Shown: positions 1-7,746 of the stretch, piece after piece
Layout: the number at the start of each line of letters is the position of its first letter
Numbering within the stretch: position 1 is the stretch's first letter
Assembly (NCBI GenBank): GCA_944332995.1
Contig: CALVKR010000004.1
Coordinates: 88,504-152,503 of the forward strand
Origin: an uncultured Clostridia bacterium
GTDB lineage: Bacteria > Bacillota > Clostridia > Christensenellales > CAG-917
Reading direction: 5' to 3'
Length of the DNA: 64,000 bases
Made by a program: the position numbers and the translations under genes
The notes under the pieces: generated by a model
The model's input: only the letters and a program-made list of their open reading frames with translations
Told to the model about the DNA's origin: nothing
Databases searched by the model: none

Positions 1-1203
1 TACGGCGATAAATCCGTAAAGGGTGAGGCACACGCCGCCCATTACACAGCTGGGGATAGTCTGCAAAAGCGCCATAAGCGGGCTGATGAAAGAGATTATT
101 ATGCACATGAGCGCCGCCACGAATATGGTGCGGATAGATGCGTTTTTAGTGATAGCCACGCAGCCTACCGATTCGCCGTAAGTCGTGTTGGGGCAGATAC
201 CTAACACCGTTCCCACGATAGAGCCAACGCCGTCGCCGAGGAGCGTTCTTTTGAGTCCCGGCTGTCCTTCGATAAGGTCACGGCCGATTATAGAGCTGAG
301 GTTTTTGTGGTCGGCTATATGCTCGGCAAAAACGACGAGCGCCACGGGGATAAACGCAAGAGCGACTTGAGCAAAGCCTGCCCCGTCAAGCAATACGCTG
401 TCCGGAATAGTCGTCGAACCGCTTGCTATTTCTTTGATGCCCTCAATGAGCGCAAAATCGGGATAGGTCAAAAATGCCTGAACCTTGTCGCCCACCGATG
501 CGAGCGAATCGCCGAGCACCGAGAAGTTGTTTACAAGAGGCGACCAATCTATTATCTTTAAATAGTTGACGTCGAAAACGTATCCGAATATCGAGAAGAA
601 TGCGGCAAGCACGTAACCTGCGCCTATACCTATTATAAAAGGAATGAGCCTCATCATTTTCACTTTCTTTTGGCAAGAGCAAAGCACTATGACGACAAAT
701 GCCACAAGTCCGCAAAGAAGTCCCAAAAGGTTGTAGCTTCCGTTCACGAGGTCTCCGCTTGCCTTGACCATATCGCCCATTGCGTTGCCTGCAAGCGACA
801 AACCGATAATAGCGACGGTAGGTCCGATGATGACGGGCGGCATAAGTTTGCTGACCCATTTGGTGCCGGCAAAGTGAATTATTATCGCTATTATTATGTA
901 AACCAAGCCTGCGAGAATTGAACCTACGATAATACCGCAATATCCAAAAGCCATAGCCACGCCGAGAGAGTTTAAAAATGCGAACGAGCTACCCAAAAAC
1001 ACGGGGCTTTTAAATTTTGTGAAAAGTAAGTAAACGATTGTTCCTAAGCCTGCGCCGAGTATTGCCGCAGGAATTTGAGCGGGCAAACCGATGATCGTAG
1101 GAACGGCAATAGTTGCCGCCATGATCGCCAAGACCTGTTGCAAAGCAAACGTGATAAGTTTGCCGGCCTTCGGCTTGTCTTCAACGTCGTAGATAAGTTG
1201 CAT
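1..1203 (-). CDS. uraA: uracil permease, NCS2 family (C-terminus lies beyond the window start)
   Basis: Absent from the ORF track because it runs off the window. My translation from the ATG at 1203 gives MQLIYDVEDKPKAGKLITFALQQVLAIMAATIAVP..FLGSSFAFL..MPPVIIGPTVAIIGLSLAG and ends ..GGVCLTLYGFIAV at position 1. This is colinear with UraA/PyrP. A GAAGGAG SD sits upstream. Confidence 0.8.
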   Translation of the reverse strand, partial: MQLIYDVEDKPKAGKLITFALQQVLAIMAATIAVPTIIGLPAQIPAAILGAGLGTIVYLLFTKFKSPVFLGSSFAFLNSLGVAMAFGYCGIIVGSILAGLVYIIIAIIIHFAGTKWVSKLMPPVIIGPTVAIIGLSLAGNAMGDMVKASGDLVNGSYNLLGLLCGLVAFVVIVLCSCQKKVKMMRLIPFIIGIGAGYVLAAFFSIFGYVFDVNYLKIIDWSPLVNNFSVLGDSLASVGDKVQAFLTYPDFALIEGIKEIASGSTTIPDSVLLDGAGFAQVALAFIPVALVVFAEHIADHKNLSSIIGRDLIEGQPGLKRTLLGDGVGSIVGTVLGICPNTTYGESVGCVAITKNASIRTIFVAALMCIIISFISPLMALLQTIPSCVMGGVCLTLYGFIAV

Positions 1204-1288
1204 AGTTTTCTCCTTCGTTTTTATTAGCCCCTTTTGCGGAGCGTTGTTTATCCCCTGAACGTTCCGGAAGCCCCTATCTTCCGAAACA

Positions 1289-1321
1289 TAAAAAAATAGA
1301 GTTTTCAAAACTGAAAACTCT
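1289..1321 (-). terminator. intrinsic terminator inside the uracil-permease 5' leader (candidate attenuator)
   Basis: Minus sense reads AGAGTTTTC-AGTTTT-GAAAACTCT followed by ATTTTTTTAT. It lies about 85 nt upstream of the ATG at 1203 and downstream of a candidate promoter. Confidence 0.55.
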
Positions 1322-1429
1322 ACCTCAAAACGAATACTAAACCGCCGTCAAGATATGCGGTATCGGAAATCGGATATTTAACTGTTTCTTTGATTGCTGA
1401 AACCATAATACCTCGTTTCGATTTTTTGT

Positions 1430-1458
1430 ATAATACTACTTTTTTTAAAAAAAATCAA
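1430..1458 (-). promoter_or_regulatory. candidate sigma-A promoter for the uracil permease leader
   Basis: Minus sense TTGATT, 17 nt, TATTAT. Confidence 0.4.
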
Positions 1459-1471
1459 TCGATTGCCGCTT

Positions 1472-1503
1472 AAAAACAAAAAATTGCCTGTATATGGCAA
1501 TTT
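1472..1503 (-). terminator. intrinsic terminator of the 1512..2189 gene
   Basis: Minus sense AAATTGCC-ATATACA-GGCAATTT followed by TTTGTTTTT, directly after the stop at 1512. Confidence 0.6.
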
Positions 1504-1511
1504 TTGCTTAT

Positions 1512-2189
1512 CTAAATTACGTTTGCACCCTCCGCTTCGTTGGATTTTTTGTCGTCCTTTAACAAAAACTCTTTAAACTCGAAAGGCGAGACGTAGTGAT
1601 AAAACTTATATCCGTTTACCGTAAGAGTATATCCGCTCCACCTCGAGTGTTTTATATAAACGCTCTCTATACAATCTGTCGGGATAGAAACGGCAGTCTG
1701 ACAAAAAAGTCCGGCATTGCCGCAAAATATGCCCTCCGTCACGCTTATACCGCCTTTTATTTTGTGGCATACCGCTTCCGCACCCTTGACCGCCGCCAAC
1801 GTCGTGCAAAAAACGAATATCAATATCCACAGTATGTAAAAATATCCGCTTTGTCCCCACTCGAACATCAAAGGTCTGAAATATAAAGTCAGGGCAATAA
1901 GCATTGTCATGGTGGCAACTACGGCAAAGACTATCGCTATGTTCTTTAAGCCCTTGACGTGTCTTATATCGACAAAAAGCTCCGTGACGGGCAAATTTTC
2001 TTCCGATTTCCCGTCTACAGCACTCTCAGCACGGCATGCCTTAGCGTCGCCGCATCTGTCCTCTATCCCTTTTTTGTCCTTCAAACGCATGTCTTTATAT
2101 TCTGTATGATTGTCTTTTCGTTGCGTTTTATTTTCGCCTATATTTTCGCCTGCATTTTCGCTTATATCATCACTTATCAATCTTTTCAT
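1512..2189 (-). CDS. hypothetical membrane protein (disordered N-terminus, two TM helices, small C-terminal globular domain)
   Basis: 225-aa ORF. The N-terminus ENAGENIGEN is encoded by a 12-nt tandem repeat. The hydrophobic segments are IAIVFAVVATMTMLIALTLYF and YFYILWILIFVFCTTLAAV. I recognise no family. Confidence 0.6.
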   Translation of the reverse strand: MKRLISDDISENAGENIGENKTQRKDNHTEYKDMRLKDKKGIEDRCGDAKACRAESAVDGKSEENLPVTELFVDIRHVKGLKNIAIVFAVVATMTMLIALTLYFRPLMFEWGQSGYFYILWILIFVFCTTLAAVKGAEAVCHKIKGGISVTEGIFCGNAGLFCQTAVSIPTDCIESVYIKHSRWSGYTLTVNGYKFYHYVSPFEFKEFLLKDDKKSNEAEGANVI

Positions 2190-2402
2190 ATTCCTGTTTA
2201 AAACGCACTCGTTTAAAACGGCAAAGTGCGTGATAATTTAGCTTTGCGGTTTTCCCCCGTTCGCTTTATGTCGCATTTTTTCGCCTTATTCGTTTTGCGC
2301 CTCATTTATTTCAAGTTGCTTCAATTTAATTGCCGCTTACCATTATATTTATCTTTATCCTTAATTGTCCCGGATTTTCTCTTGTCCTTTATCCGCCAAT
2401 GC

Positions 2403-3254
2403 TTATTCTACTTTATCCCTTTCCTTATCCGACGGCGGCAAAGACAGGTTTTCATCGCTCATAGTGTCGGACGGACAAGCGGTTTTATCGTCGCATTTGT
2501 CTGCGGCGTCTTTTTCGACGTCTTTCTCGGCGTCTTTTTCGGCGTCTTTTTCGGCGTCTTTTGCTTTCAATTCCTTATCTCCCGTATCTGTGTCCGTTGC
2601 CGTTTCCCCCTCATCGGAAGCGGATTCGGCAGGCTTTAATTCCGTCTTTCTCATCGCTATACACAGGGTAAGCACAATCGGCGGAGTGAGAATCACCGCT
2701 ATGACTATTTCTATCAAAAAGTTAATGCCGATGAGCACGGACAAAAAGTTTGCGTCTATGACCGTTCCTCCGTAATACTTGCCTGCGTTAAATGCGTATA
2801 TCATTCCCACCACCAAAAGCGTGTTTGTGATAACGCCCACCGCCGAGCTTATGGCGCTCGAAAGCACGATATTCCACCTTACCGCCGCCCTCGACTCTTT
2901 GTTTTTAAAACATCTTTGAAATCCCTTTTTAAGTCCGACGTAGGAAAAATAACAGGTAACTCCGATGAACATTCTCGGAACGACGGATACCATAGGGTTG
3001 TAAAATATAGGCGCTAATATGTTGGCGCCCTGCGTAAACGCACTTATCAAAGAACATAGTCCGTAACCCAATCCGAGGAAAAATCCAACCTTAAATCCTT
3101 CTGTCTGACAGCCTATAAAAATGACAATGAGAGGCAAAACGGCAATCTGTATTCCCATTATGTTGATAGGGACAAAAGCGAAAATTATTAAAAGAGCGAA
3201 TAGCATTCCTATCACGGCTATTTGTCTTGTGTTGGCTTTTTTTGTCTTTTTCAT
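2403..3254 (-). CDS. ECF transporter S component with a charged repetitive C-terminal tail
   Basis: 283 aa. The N-terminus MKKTKKANTRQIAVIGMLFALLIIFAFVP.. and about six TM helices are typical of ECF substrate-capture subunits. The tail is KDAEKDAEKDAEKDVEKDAA. GGAGAT SD. Confidence 0.7.
   Translation of the reverse strand: MKKTKKANTRQIAVIGMLFALLIIFAFVPINIMGIQIAVLPLIVIFIGCQTEGFKVGFFLGLGYGLCSLISAFTQGANILAPIFYNPMVSVVPRMFIGVTCYFSYVGLKKGFQRCFKNKESRAAVRWNIVLSSAISSAVGVITNTLLVVGMIYAFNAGKYYGGTVIDANFLSVLIGINFLIEIVIAVILTPPIVLTLCIAMRKTELKPAESASDEGETATDTDTGDKELKAKDAEKDAEKDAEKDVEKDAADKCDDKTACPSDTMSDENLSLPPSDKERDKVE
2506..2565 (-). repeat. in-frame 12-nt tandem repeat (5 units) encoding (KDAE)n
   Basis: Plus strand gcgtctttttcg / acgtctttctcg / gcgtctttttcg / gcgtctttttcg / gcgtcttttgct. 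Confidence 0.85.
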
Positions 3255-3498
3255 TCTATCTCCGTAAATATCTTAAATTGCCAAGTTTTCACTTATATCC
3301 TCGGCTTGGCGCTTGCCTTGCGCTATGGCAAATCTTGCCGCAATCCGTCTGCGCCCTTAGCGTGTTGTTTAACTGCGCCGTTGCTTGTTTTATTTTTATC
3401 TTATCTGCGTCAGAAATTTCAATGCCGCTTTAAACTGCCTGTTTAAACTTCAGCTTGACCGTAACTTCTGACCGTAACCGTTGCAAGCGGTTTCGGCT

Positions 3499-4698
3499 TC
3501 AGCTTCGGAAAATATCGCCCGCCTTGCACTTGAACGGCACAAACAGTTTTACCTTTTCCTGCACTATTTTGGCGTCGTCGATTTCCTCGCCTTTAGAATT
3601 TACAATTTTTTCTATTTTAAAACTTTTGCCGTGATTCTCGCCCGGCGACAGCAAAAACAGCGTCTGCCCCTTTTTGAAGCGGTTTCGCATTTCAACGGTA
3701 ACGCCGTCCTCGTCGCCGTCGGATAATGCTATTGCGATAAACTCGCTTTTGGGCTGAGTTTTTGACTGAGTGTAATTTATCGTATGCTCGTTGTCGCCCA
3801 AAGCGAAAGCCTCGGTATATCCGTGATTGACTACACTTTCGAGGTCGGACATATAGCTCTCGACGTTTGAAATTTTGCCCGTCGAATAATATTCGTCCAT
3901 AGCCCTGCGATAAGCGTTGACGACGGTGGCGAGATAATATTCGCTTTTCATTCTGCCCTCTATCTTAAAGCTCGCCGCCTTAGACTCGATAAGCTCGGGA
4001 AGGTGCCTGAGCAGGATAAGATCCTTGCTGTTCATAAAGTACGTCCCCCTGCCGTCCTCCGTCACCGTGAGATTTTTATCCGAATGCCTTTCGTGACTTA
4101 AAGTAAAATCCCAACGGCAGACCTGAGCGCACTCGCCTCTGTTTGCGTCGCGGTTTGTAAAAAAGTTGCTTAAAAGACATCTACCGCTATACGACACGCA
4201 CATTGCGCCGTGGACGAAAACTTCCGTTTCTATCTCGCTCGCCTTTGATATCTCGGCTATCTCCGACAATGTCAGCTCTCTGCCGAGCACCACTCTTTTT
4301 ACGCCCTGCCTTGCCCAAAACTTTACCGCCTCGACGTTTTGCGTGTTCGCCTGTGTGGAAAGATGCACCTCGAGTCCGTGGCGCAAGGCGCAGTTTAAAA
4401 GTCCCGGGTCGGATATCAGCACGGCGTCCGCTCCCATTTCCTTTAGCCTTTTAAAATATTCGTCCGCCGCCTTGAGGTCGGAATTTTTAGCGTAAATGTT
4501 TACCGTGACGTATAATTTTTTGCCGAGCGAGTGGGTATATTCTATCGCCTTTTCAAATTCGTCCAAAGTGAAATTTTCGGCGGAAGCTCTAAGCGAAAAC
4601 TCTTTTCCGCCTGCATATACTGCGTCGGCGCCGTATAAAAACGCTATCTTAAGTTTTTCAAAGCTGCCTGCGGGAGCTAAAAGTTCTGCCTTTTTCAT
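3499..4698 (-). CDS. peptidase U32 family protein
   Basis: MKKAELLAPAGSFEKLKIAFLYGADAVYAGG..VFVHGAMCVSYSGRCLLS..RDANRGECAQVCR is the U32 signature. I place the start at ATG 4698, because the TTG-initiated extension to 4845 contains a near-consensus promoter. Confidence 0.85.
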   Translation of the reverse strand: MKKAELLAPAGSFEKLKIAFLYGADAVYAGGKEFSLRASAENFTLDEFEKAIEYTHSLGKKLYVTVNIYAKNSDLKAADEYFKRLKEMGADAVLISDPGLLNCALRHGLEVHLSTQANTQNVEAVKFWARQGVKRVVLGRELTLSEIAEISKASEIETEVFVHGAMCVSYSGRCLLSNFFTNRDANRGECAQVCRWDFTLSHERHSDKNLTVTEDGRGTYFMNSKDLILLRHLPELIESKAASFKIEGRMKSEYYLATVVNAYRRAMDEYYSTGKISNVESYMSDLESVVNHGYTEAFALGDNEHTINYTQSKTQPKSEFIAIALSDGDEDGVTVEMRNRFKKGQTLFLLSPGENHGKSFKIEKIVNSKGEEIDDAKIVQEKVKLFVPFKCKAGDIFRS

Positions 4699-4705
4699 AG
4701 TTGCT

Positions 4706-4734
4706 ATTTTATCACAATGCTTTTTTATAGTCAA
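4706..4734 (-). promoter_or_regulatory. sigma-A promoter positioned for a leaderless U32 transcript
   Basis: Minus sense TTGACT, 17 nt ending in TGA (extended -10), TAAAAT, then 7 nt (AGCAACT) and the ATG at 4698. No SD. Confidence 0.6.
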
Positions 4735-4889
4735 ACGGGCAAAGCGTTTGTTTTCGCTTTTGATTGCGTCATATTTTCTGTATTGTCTGTACTCTTTTTT
4801 AAAAATGTTTGACGCATGCGCTTTTACTTTGTCGCCGTTTGCCAAGTCTTTATCGTTGCGCTCTGCTCGCTTTTTATATTTGATATTTT

Positions 4890-4921
4890 AAATATAAAAG
4901 CGGAGCCGATTGGCTCCGCTT
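4890..4921 (-). terminator. intrinsic terminator after proS
   Basis: Minus sense AAGCGGAGCC-AATC-GGCTCCGCTT followed by TTATATTT. Confidence 0.7.
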
Positions 4922-4955
4922 CAACGTCTTTCGATTGTGGATGCCGCTTGTCGAA

Positions 4956-6392
4956 TCAATACGCCCTTGCAAAATATACAACCTTATCCGCTTTCTTTCC
5001 GCAGCATACGCACTTGTCGCCTATAGGAGTCTGGTCGAAAGGCATAACTCTCGACGACGCCGCCGTCATCGCCTTTATCTTGGCTTCACATTCGGGACAG
5101 CCGCACCACATTGCCTTGACGAAATTCTTCTCGTCCACGGCCTTTGAAAGCTCGTCCAAATTTTTTGCTTCGACTATATGCGAGGTGGTAAACGCTTTAG
5201 ACTGCTCGAACATATTCAGCTGAACGGCGTCGAGAGTCTTTAACACGGTATCGCAAAGCGTATCGAGAGGCACTGTCGTCTTTTCGTGAGTGTCTCTTCT
5301 GACCATAACCGCTACGTTGTTTTCTATATCTCTCGGTCCTATCTCTATGCGGACGGGAACGCCTTTCATCTCCCATTCGTTGAATTTCCAACCGGGCGAC
5401 TGTTCCCTAAGGTCGAGTTCTACTCTCACACCGGATTTCTTGAGCGTTTCGTAAATCTCTTTCGCCTTTTCGGCAACGCCCTCTTTATGAACGGCAACGG
5501 GGACGATGACCGTTTGCACGGGGGCGACTTTGGGGGGAAGTTTAAGTCCTCTTTGGTCGCCGTGCGCCATGATGAGTGCGCCTATAAGTCTTGTCGATAC
5601 TCCCCAGCTTGTCGAATAAGGCACCTTGAGCGTTCCGTCGCTGTCGAGATAATTTATTTTAAACACCTTTGAAAAATTCTGTCCGAGATAGTGGCTCGTG
5701 CCCGCCTGCAAGCTCTTTCCGTCAAGCATCATGGCCTCCATGCCGTATGTCGCCGTGGCGCCCGCAAATTTTTCGCTTTCCGTTTTGGGACCTGTGAGAA
5801 CGTAAATGGCAAGCACGTTTTGCATAAACTCACGGTATACTTCAAGCATTTTTAGCGTTTCGTCCACCGCTTCCCCTTCCGTTCTGTGAAGCGTGTGCCC
5901 TTCCTGCCACAAAAACTCACTCGTTCTCAAAAACGGCCTTGTCGTCTTTTCCCATCTGACGACGTTTGCCCATTGGTTTATGAGCACGGGCAAATCTCTG
6001 TATGAGTGCACCCAACGGCTGTACATTTCGCAGATTATCGTTTCGCTCGTGGGACGGACGACGAGTTTTTCTTCAAGTTCGGTATTGCCGACGTGCGTGA
6101 CGAGAGCGACTTCGGGAGCGAATCCTTCGACGTGCTCCGCCTCTCTCAAAAGATAGCTGTAAGGTATGAACATGGGGAAATAGGCGTTTTTGTGTCCCGT
6201 CTCTTTAAAACGGCGGTCGAGCTCGTGCTGAATGTTTTCCCATATTTCATATCCGTAAGGACGAATGACCATAGTTCCCTTTACAGGACCGTAGTCTACA
6301 AGCTGCGTCTTTAAAATGACGTCGGTATACCACTGCGGAAAGTCCTCGGTCATATCTGCTATTTCTTTTACAAATTTTTCCTGGTCGGCCAT
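4956..6392 (-). CDS. proS: proline--tRNA ligase (archaeal/eukaryote-like type, no INS editing domain)
   Basis: FPQWYTDVILKTQLVDYGPVKGTMVIRPYGYEIWE..RPTSETI..WANVVRWE; C-terminal zinc-binding CGC..C..CxxC motif. I chose ATG 6392 (GAGG SD 5 nt upstream) over the GTG at 6407. Confidence 0.9.
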   Translation of the reverse strand: MADQEKFVKEIADMTEDFPQWYTDVILKTQLVDYGPVKGTMVIRPYGYEIWENIQHELDRRFKETGHKNAYFPMFIPYSYLLREAEHVEGFAPEVALVTHVGNTELEEKLVVRPTSETIICEMYSRWVHSYRDLPVLINQWANVVRWEKTTRPFLRTSEFLWQEGHTLHRTEGEAVDETLKMLEVYREFMQNVLAIYVLTGPKTESEKFAGATATYGMEAMMLDGKSLQAGTSHYLGQNFSKVFKINYLDSDGTLKVPYSTSWGVSTRLIGALIMAHGDQRGLKLPPKVAPVQTVIVPVAVHKEGVAEKAKEIYETLKKSGVRVELDLREQSPGWKFNEWEMKGVPVRIEIGPRDIENNVAVMVRRDTHEKTTVPLDTLCDTVLKTLDAVQLNMFEQSKAFTTSHIVEAKNLDELSKAVDEKNFVKAMWCGCPECEAKIKAMTAASSRVMPFDQTPIGDKCVCCGKKADKVVYFARAY

Positions 6393-6427
6393 ATAAACCT
6401 CTAACACAAATTTTTTATTGCTCCCAT

Positions 6428-6456
6428 ATAATACACCATAAAAAAAACTCCGTCAA
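6428..6456 (-). promoter_or_regulatory. candidate sigma-A promoter of proS
   Basis: Minus sense TTGACG, 17 nt, TATTAT. It leaves a leader of about 35 nt, so there is no room for a T-box. Confidence 0.5.
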
Positions 6457-6639
6457 ATAAAAAATGAAACTCGGCAAACGGCAAACAACCTATAAACTCG
6501 CAAAACATTTTTAAACCGTCGGCGGTAAATTCGTTTTTTAACAACTCTGTTTGCCTGCCCGACAAAATATCCGTCAAACAGGCGTTATAGTGCGGATTTT
6601 TAAAATTTATAAAAAAATCGAGAAAGTATGTAAATTCTC

Positions 6640-6668
6640 TTGATTTTTTTAACAAACTACTGTATATA
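6640..6668 (+). promoter_or_regulatory. candidate sigma-A promoter of the zinc-ribbon gene
   Basis: TTGATT, 17 nt, TATATA. Confidence 0.4.
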
Positions 6669-6695
6669 TTTATCGTAAAAAAACGAGAGGTAACT

Positions 6696-7160
6696 ATGAA
6701 ATATAAACTGTGCCCACGCTGTGAATTAAACTATATCCCCGAAGACGAAGAATACTGCGAGGTATGCAAAGTCGAGCTGGGAAAGACAAACACGAAACTT
6801 ATTGAAGACGACGATCTCGACGACAGCATCTTTGAAGAAAAAATCTGCCCCAAGTGCCGTATAAACTATCTTGCCGAGGACGAGGAAATTTGCGAGGAGT
6901 GTCGCAAAGCCGAGGAGGAAAGCAAGAAGTCGGACAAAGAGGAAGAAGGCGACGACTGGAGAGATTTTGTCGAGGACAACGTGGACGACGACGAAATTTC
7001 GCTGAGCCTCCTCGAAGAAGAGGAAAACGAGGACGAGGAAGAAGAGGAAGCCGCAAACGAAGTGGACGACTTTGACGAATCCATCGGCGACGTCAACGAC
7101 TACGAAGAAGACGAGGACGAGGACGAGGACGAGGATTTCGACGACGAGGACAAAAAGTAA
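6696..7160 (+). CDS. duplicated zinc-ribbon protein with a poly-acidic C-terminal tail
   Basis: There are two copies of CP(R/K)C.(L/I)NY(I/L).EDEE.CE.C(K/R). The remaining roughly 90 residues are almost entirely D/E. GAGAGG SD. Confidence 0.7.
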   Translation: MKYKLCPRCELNYIPEDEEYCEVCKVELGKTNTKLIEDDDLDDSIFEEKICPKCRINYLAEDEEICEECRKAEEESKKSDKEEEGDDWRDFVEDNVDDDEISLSLLEEEENEDEEEEEAANEVDDFDESIGDVNDYEEDEDEDEDEDFDDEDKK

Positions 7161-7513
7161 TTTCGTCTTTGCTCTGTCATTTTGCCGAGAGTTTAAACTC
7201 GCAAGCATTAAACGGAAAGTTTGATAACGATAAAATTCAGGTTTTAAAAAGCAAACGATAATATAGGCTATAGGCGCAAATTATCCTCGGAGCTTTAAAA
7301 CTTATCCGTTAAATCTGTAGAAAGCCGACAACCGTTATACCTTAAACACAGCAACTAACGGCAATAGGCGGCAAACAGCGGCTGTCGACAACAAACACGC
7401 AAGTTATCCGCTATAAACCGTGAATAACGGATTTTGATGCCAACAAAGCAATTTTCGGCAATAAACCTTAAGCAACGGATATCGTCAATTAACATTTATA
7501 ATAAATAAAACAA

Positions 7514-7550
7514 CAAAAAAACAATAGGCAAACGCCTATTGTTTTTTTTA
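7514..7550. terminator. bidirectional intrinsic terminator
   Basis: AAAAAAA-ACAATAGGC-AAAC-GCCTATTGT-TTTTTTTT, lying between the convergent genes 6696..7160 (+) and 7747..8919 (-). Confidence 0.8.
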
Positions 7551-7567
7551 TTGATTAAATTGAAATT

Positions 7568-7640
7568 TGCGTCGGTTTTCTTGCGTCGGTTTGCTTGCTT
7601 CGGTTTACGTTTTATCCTATATCCGTTTTTCGGTTTTTCT
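7568..7640 (-). repeat. degenerate 14-nt tandem repeat (transcript-sense core AAACCGA)
   Basis: Plus strand tgcgtcggttttct / tgcgtcggtttgct / tgcttcggtttacg / ttttatcctatatc / cgtttttcggtttttct. It sits between the malic-enzyme stop and the terminator. Confidence 0.7.
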
Positions 7641-7746
7641 CTGTTGCCATCAAAGTCCGGCGACAATACGCTAACAATCTGAATTCTGATAAAGTCAAAC
7701 GCCCTGTTTAAAAACTGCAAAGACAAAACCGAGTCTAACGCAAAAG

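Noticed and set aside
3255-3498. Possible vitamin riboswitch (THF, FMN, TPP, preQ1) upstream of the ECF S-component gene.
   Set aside because: I could find no conserved core of any of these classes. The region instead shows the repeat-word style (TGACCGTAAC twice, GCTTCAGCTT twice) and is also the 3' region of the U32 gene.
4699-4845. N-terminal ORF extensions in the track (U32 to 4845, M14 to 30708, small gene to 36569, MBL from 30834, rlmH from 33800, proS to 6407, purH to 54476).
   Set aside because: The extensions start at TTG or GTG, lack an SD and contain the promoter or SD of the shorter form. The shorter forms begin with the canonical family N-termini.
6393-6695. T-box leaders upstream of the aminoacyl-tRNA synthetase genes (proS, short alaS 19942..20202, aspS 61552..61696, glnS).
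   Set aside because: None has a T-box sequence (no ..GGUGGUACCGCG..-like element), and none has a Stem I / specifier / terminator-antiterminator layout. Promoters sit too close to the start codons.
6726-7208. Several overlapping ORFs, on both strands, across the acidic-tail coding region (6726..7208, 6799..7056, 6854..7075, 6866..7096).
   Set aside because: They are artefacts of the GAN/GAA codon repeats, which stay open in several frames. Only the 6696 frame has an SD and the zinc-ribbon head.
7290-7420. Cluster of TTATCC words (TTATCCTCG, TTATCCGTT, TTATCCGCT) that resemble DnaA boxes. Similar words occur at 2350..2440.
   Set aside because: Each has at least two mismatches to TTATCCACA. 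There is no dnaA or dnaN and no AT-rich unwinding element nearby. The words fit the general A/C-rich repeat vocabulary of the spacers.
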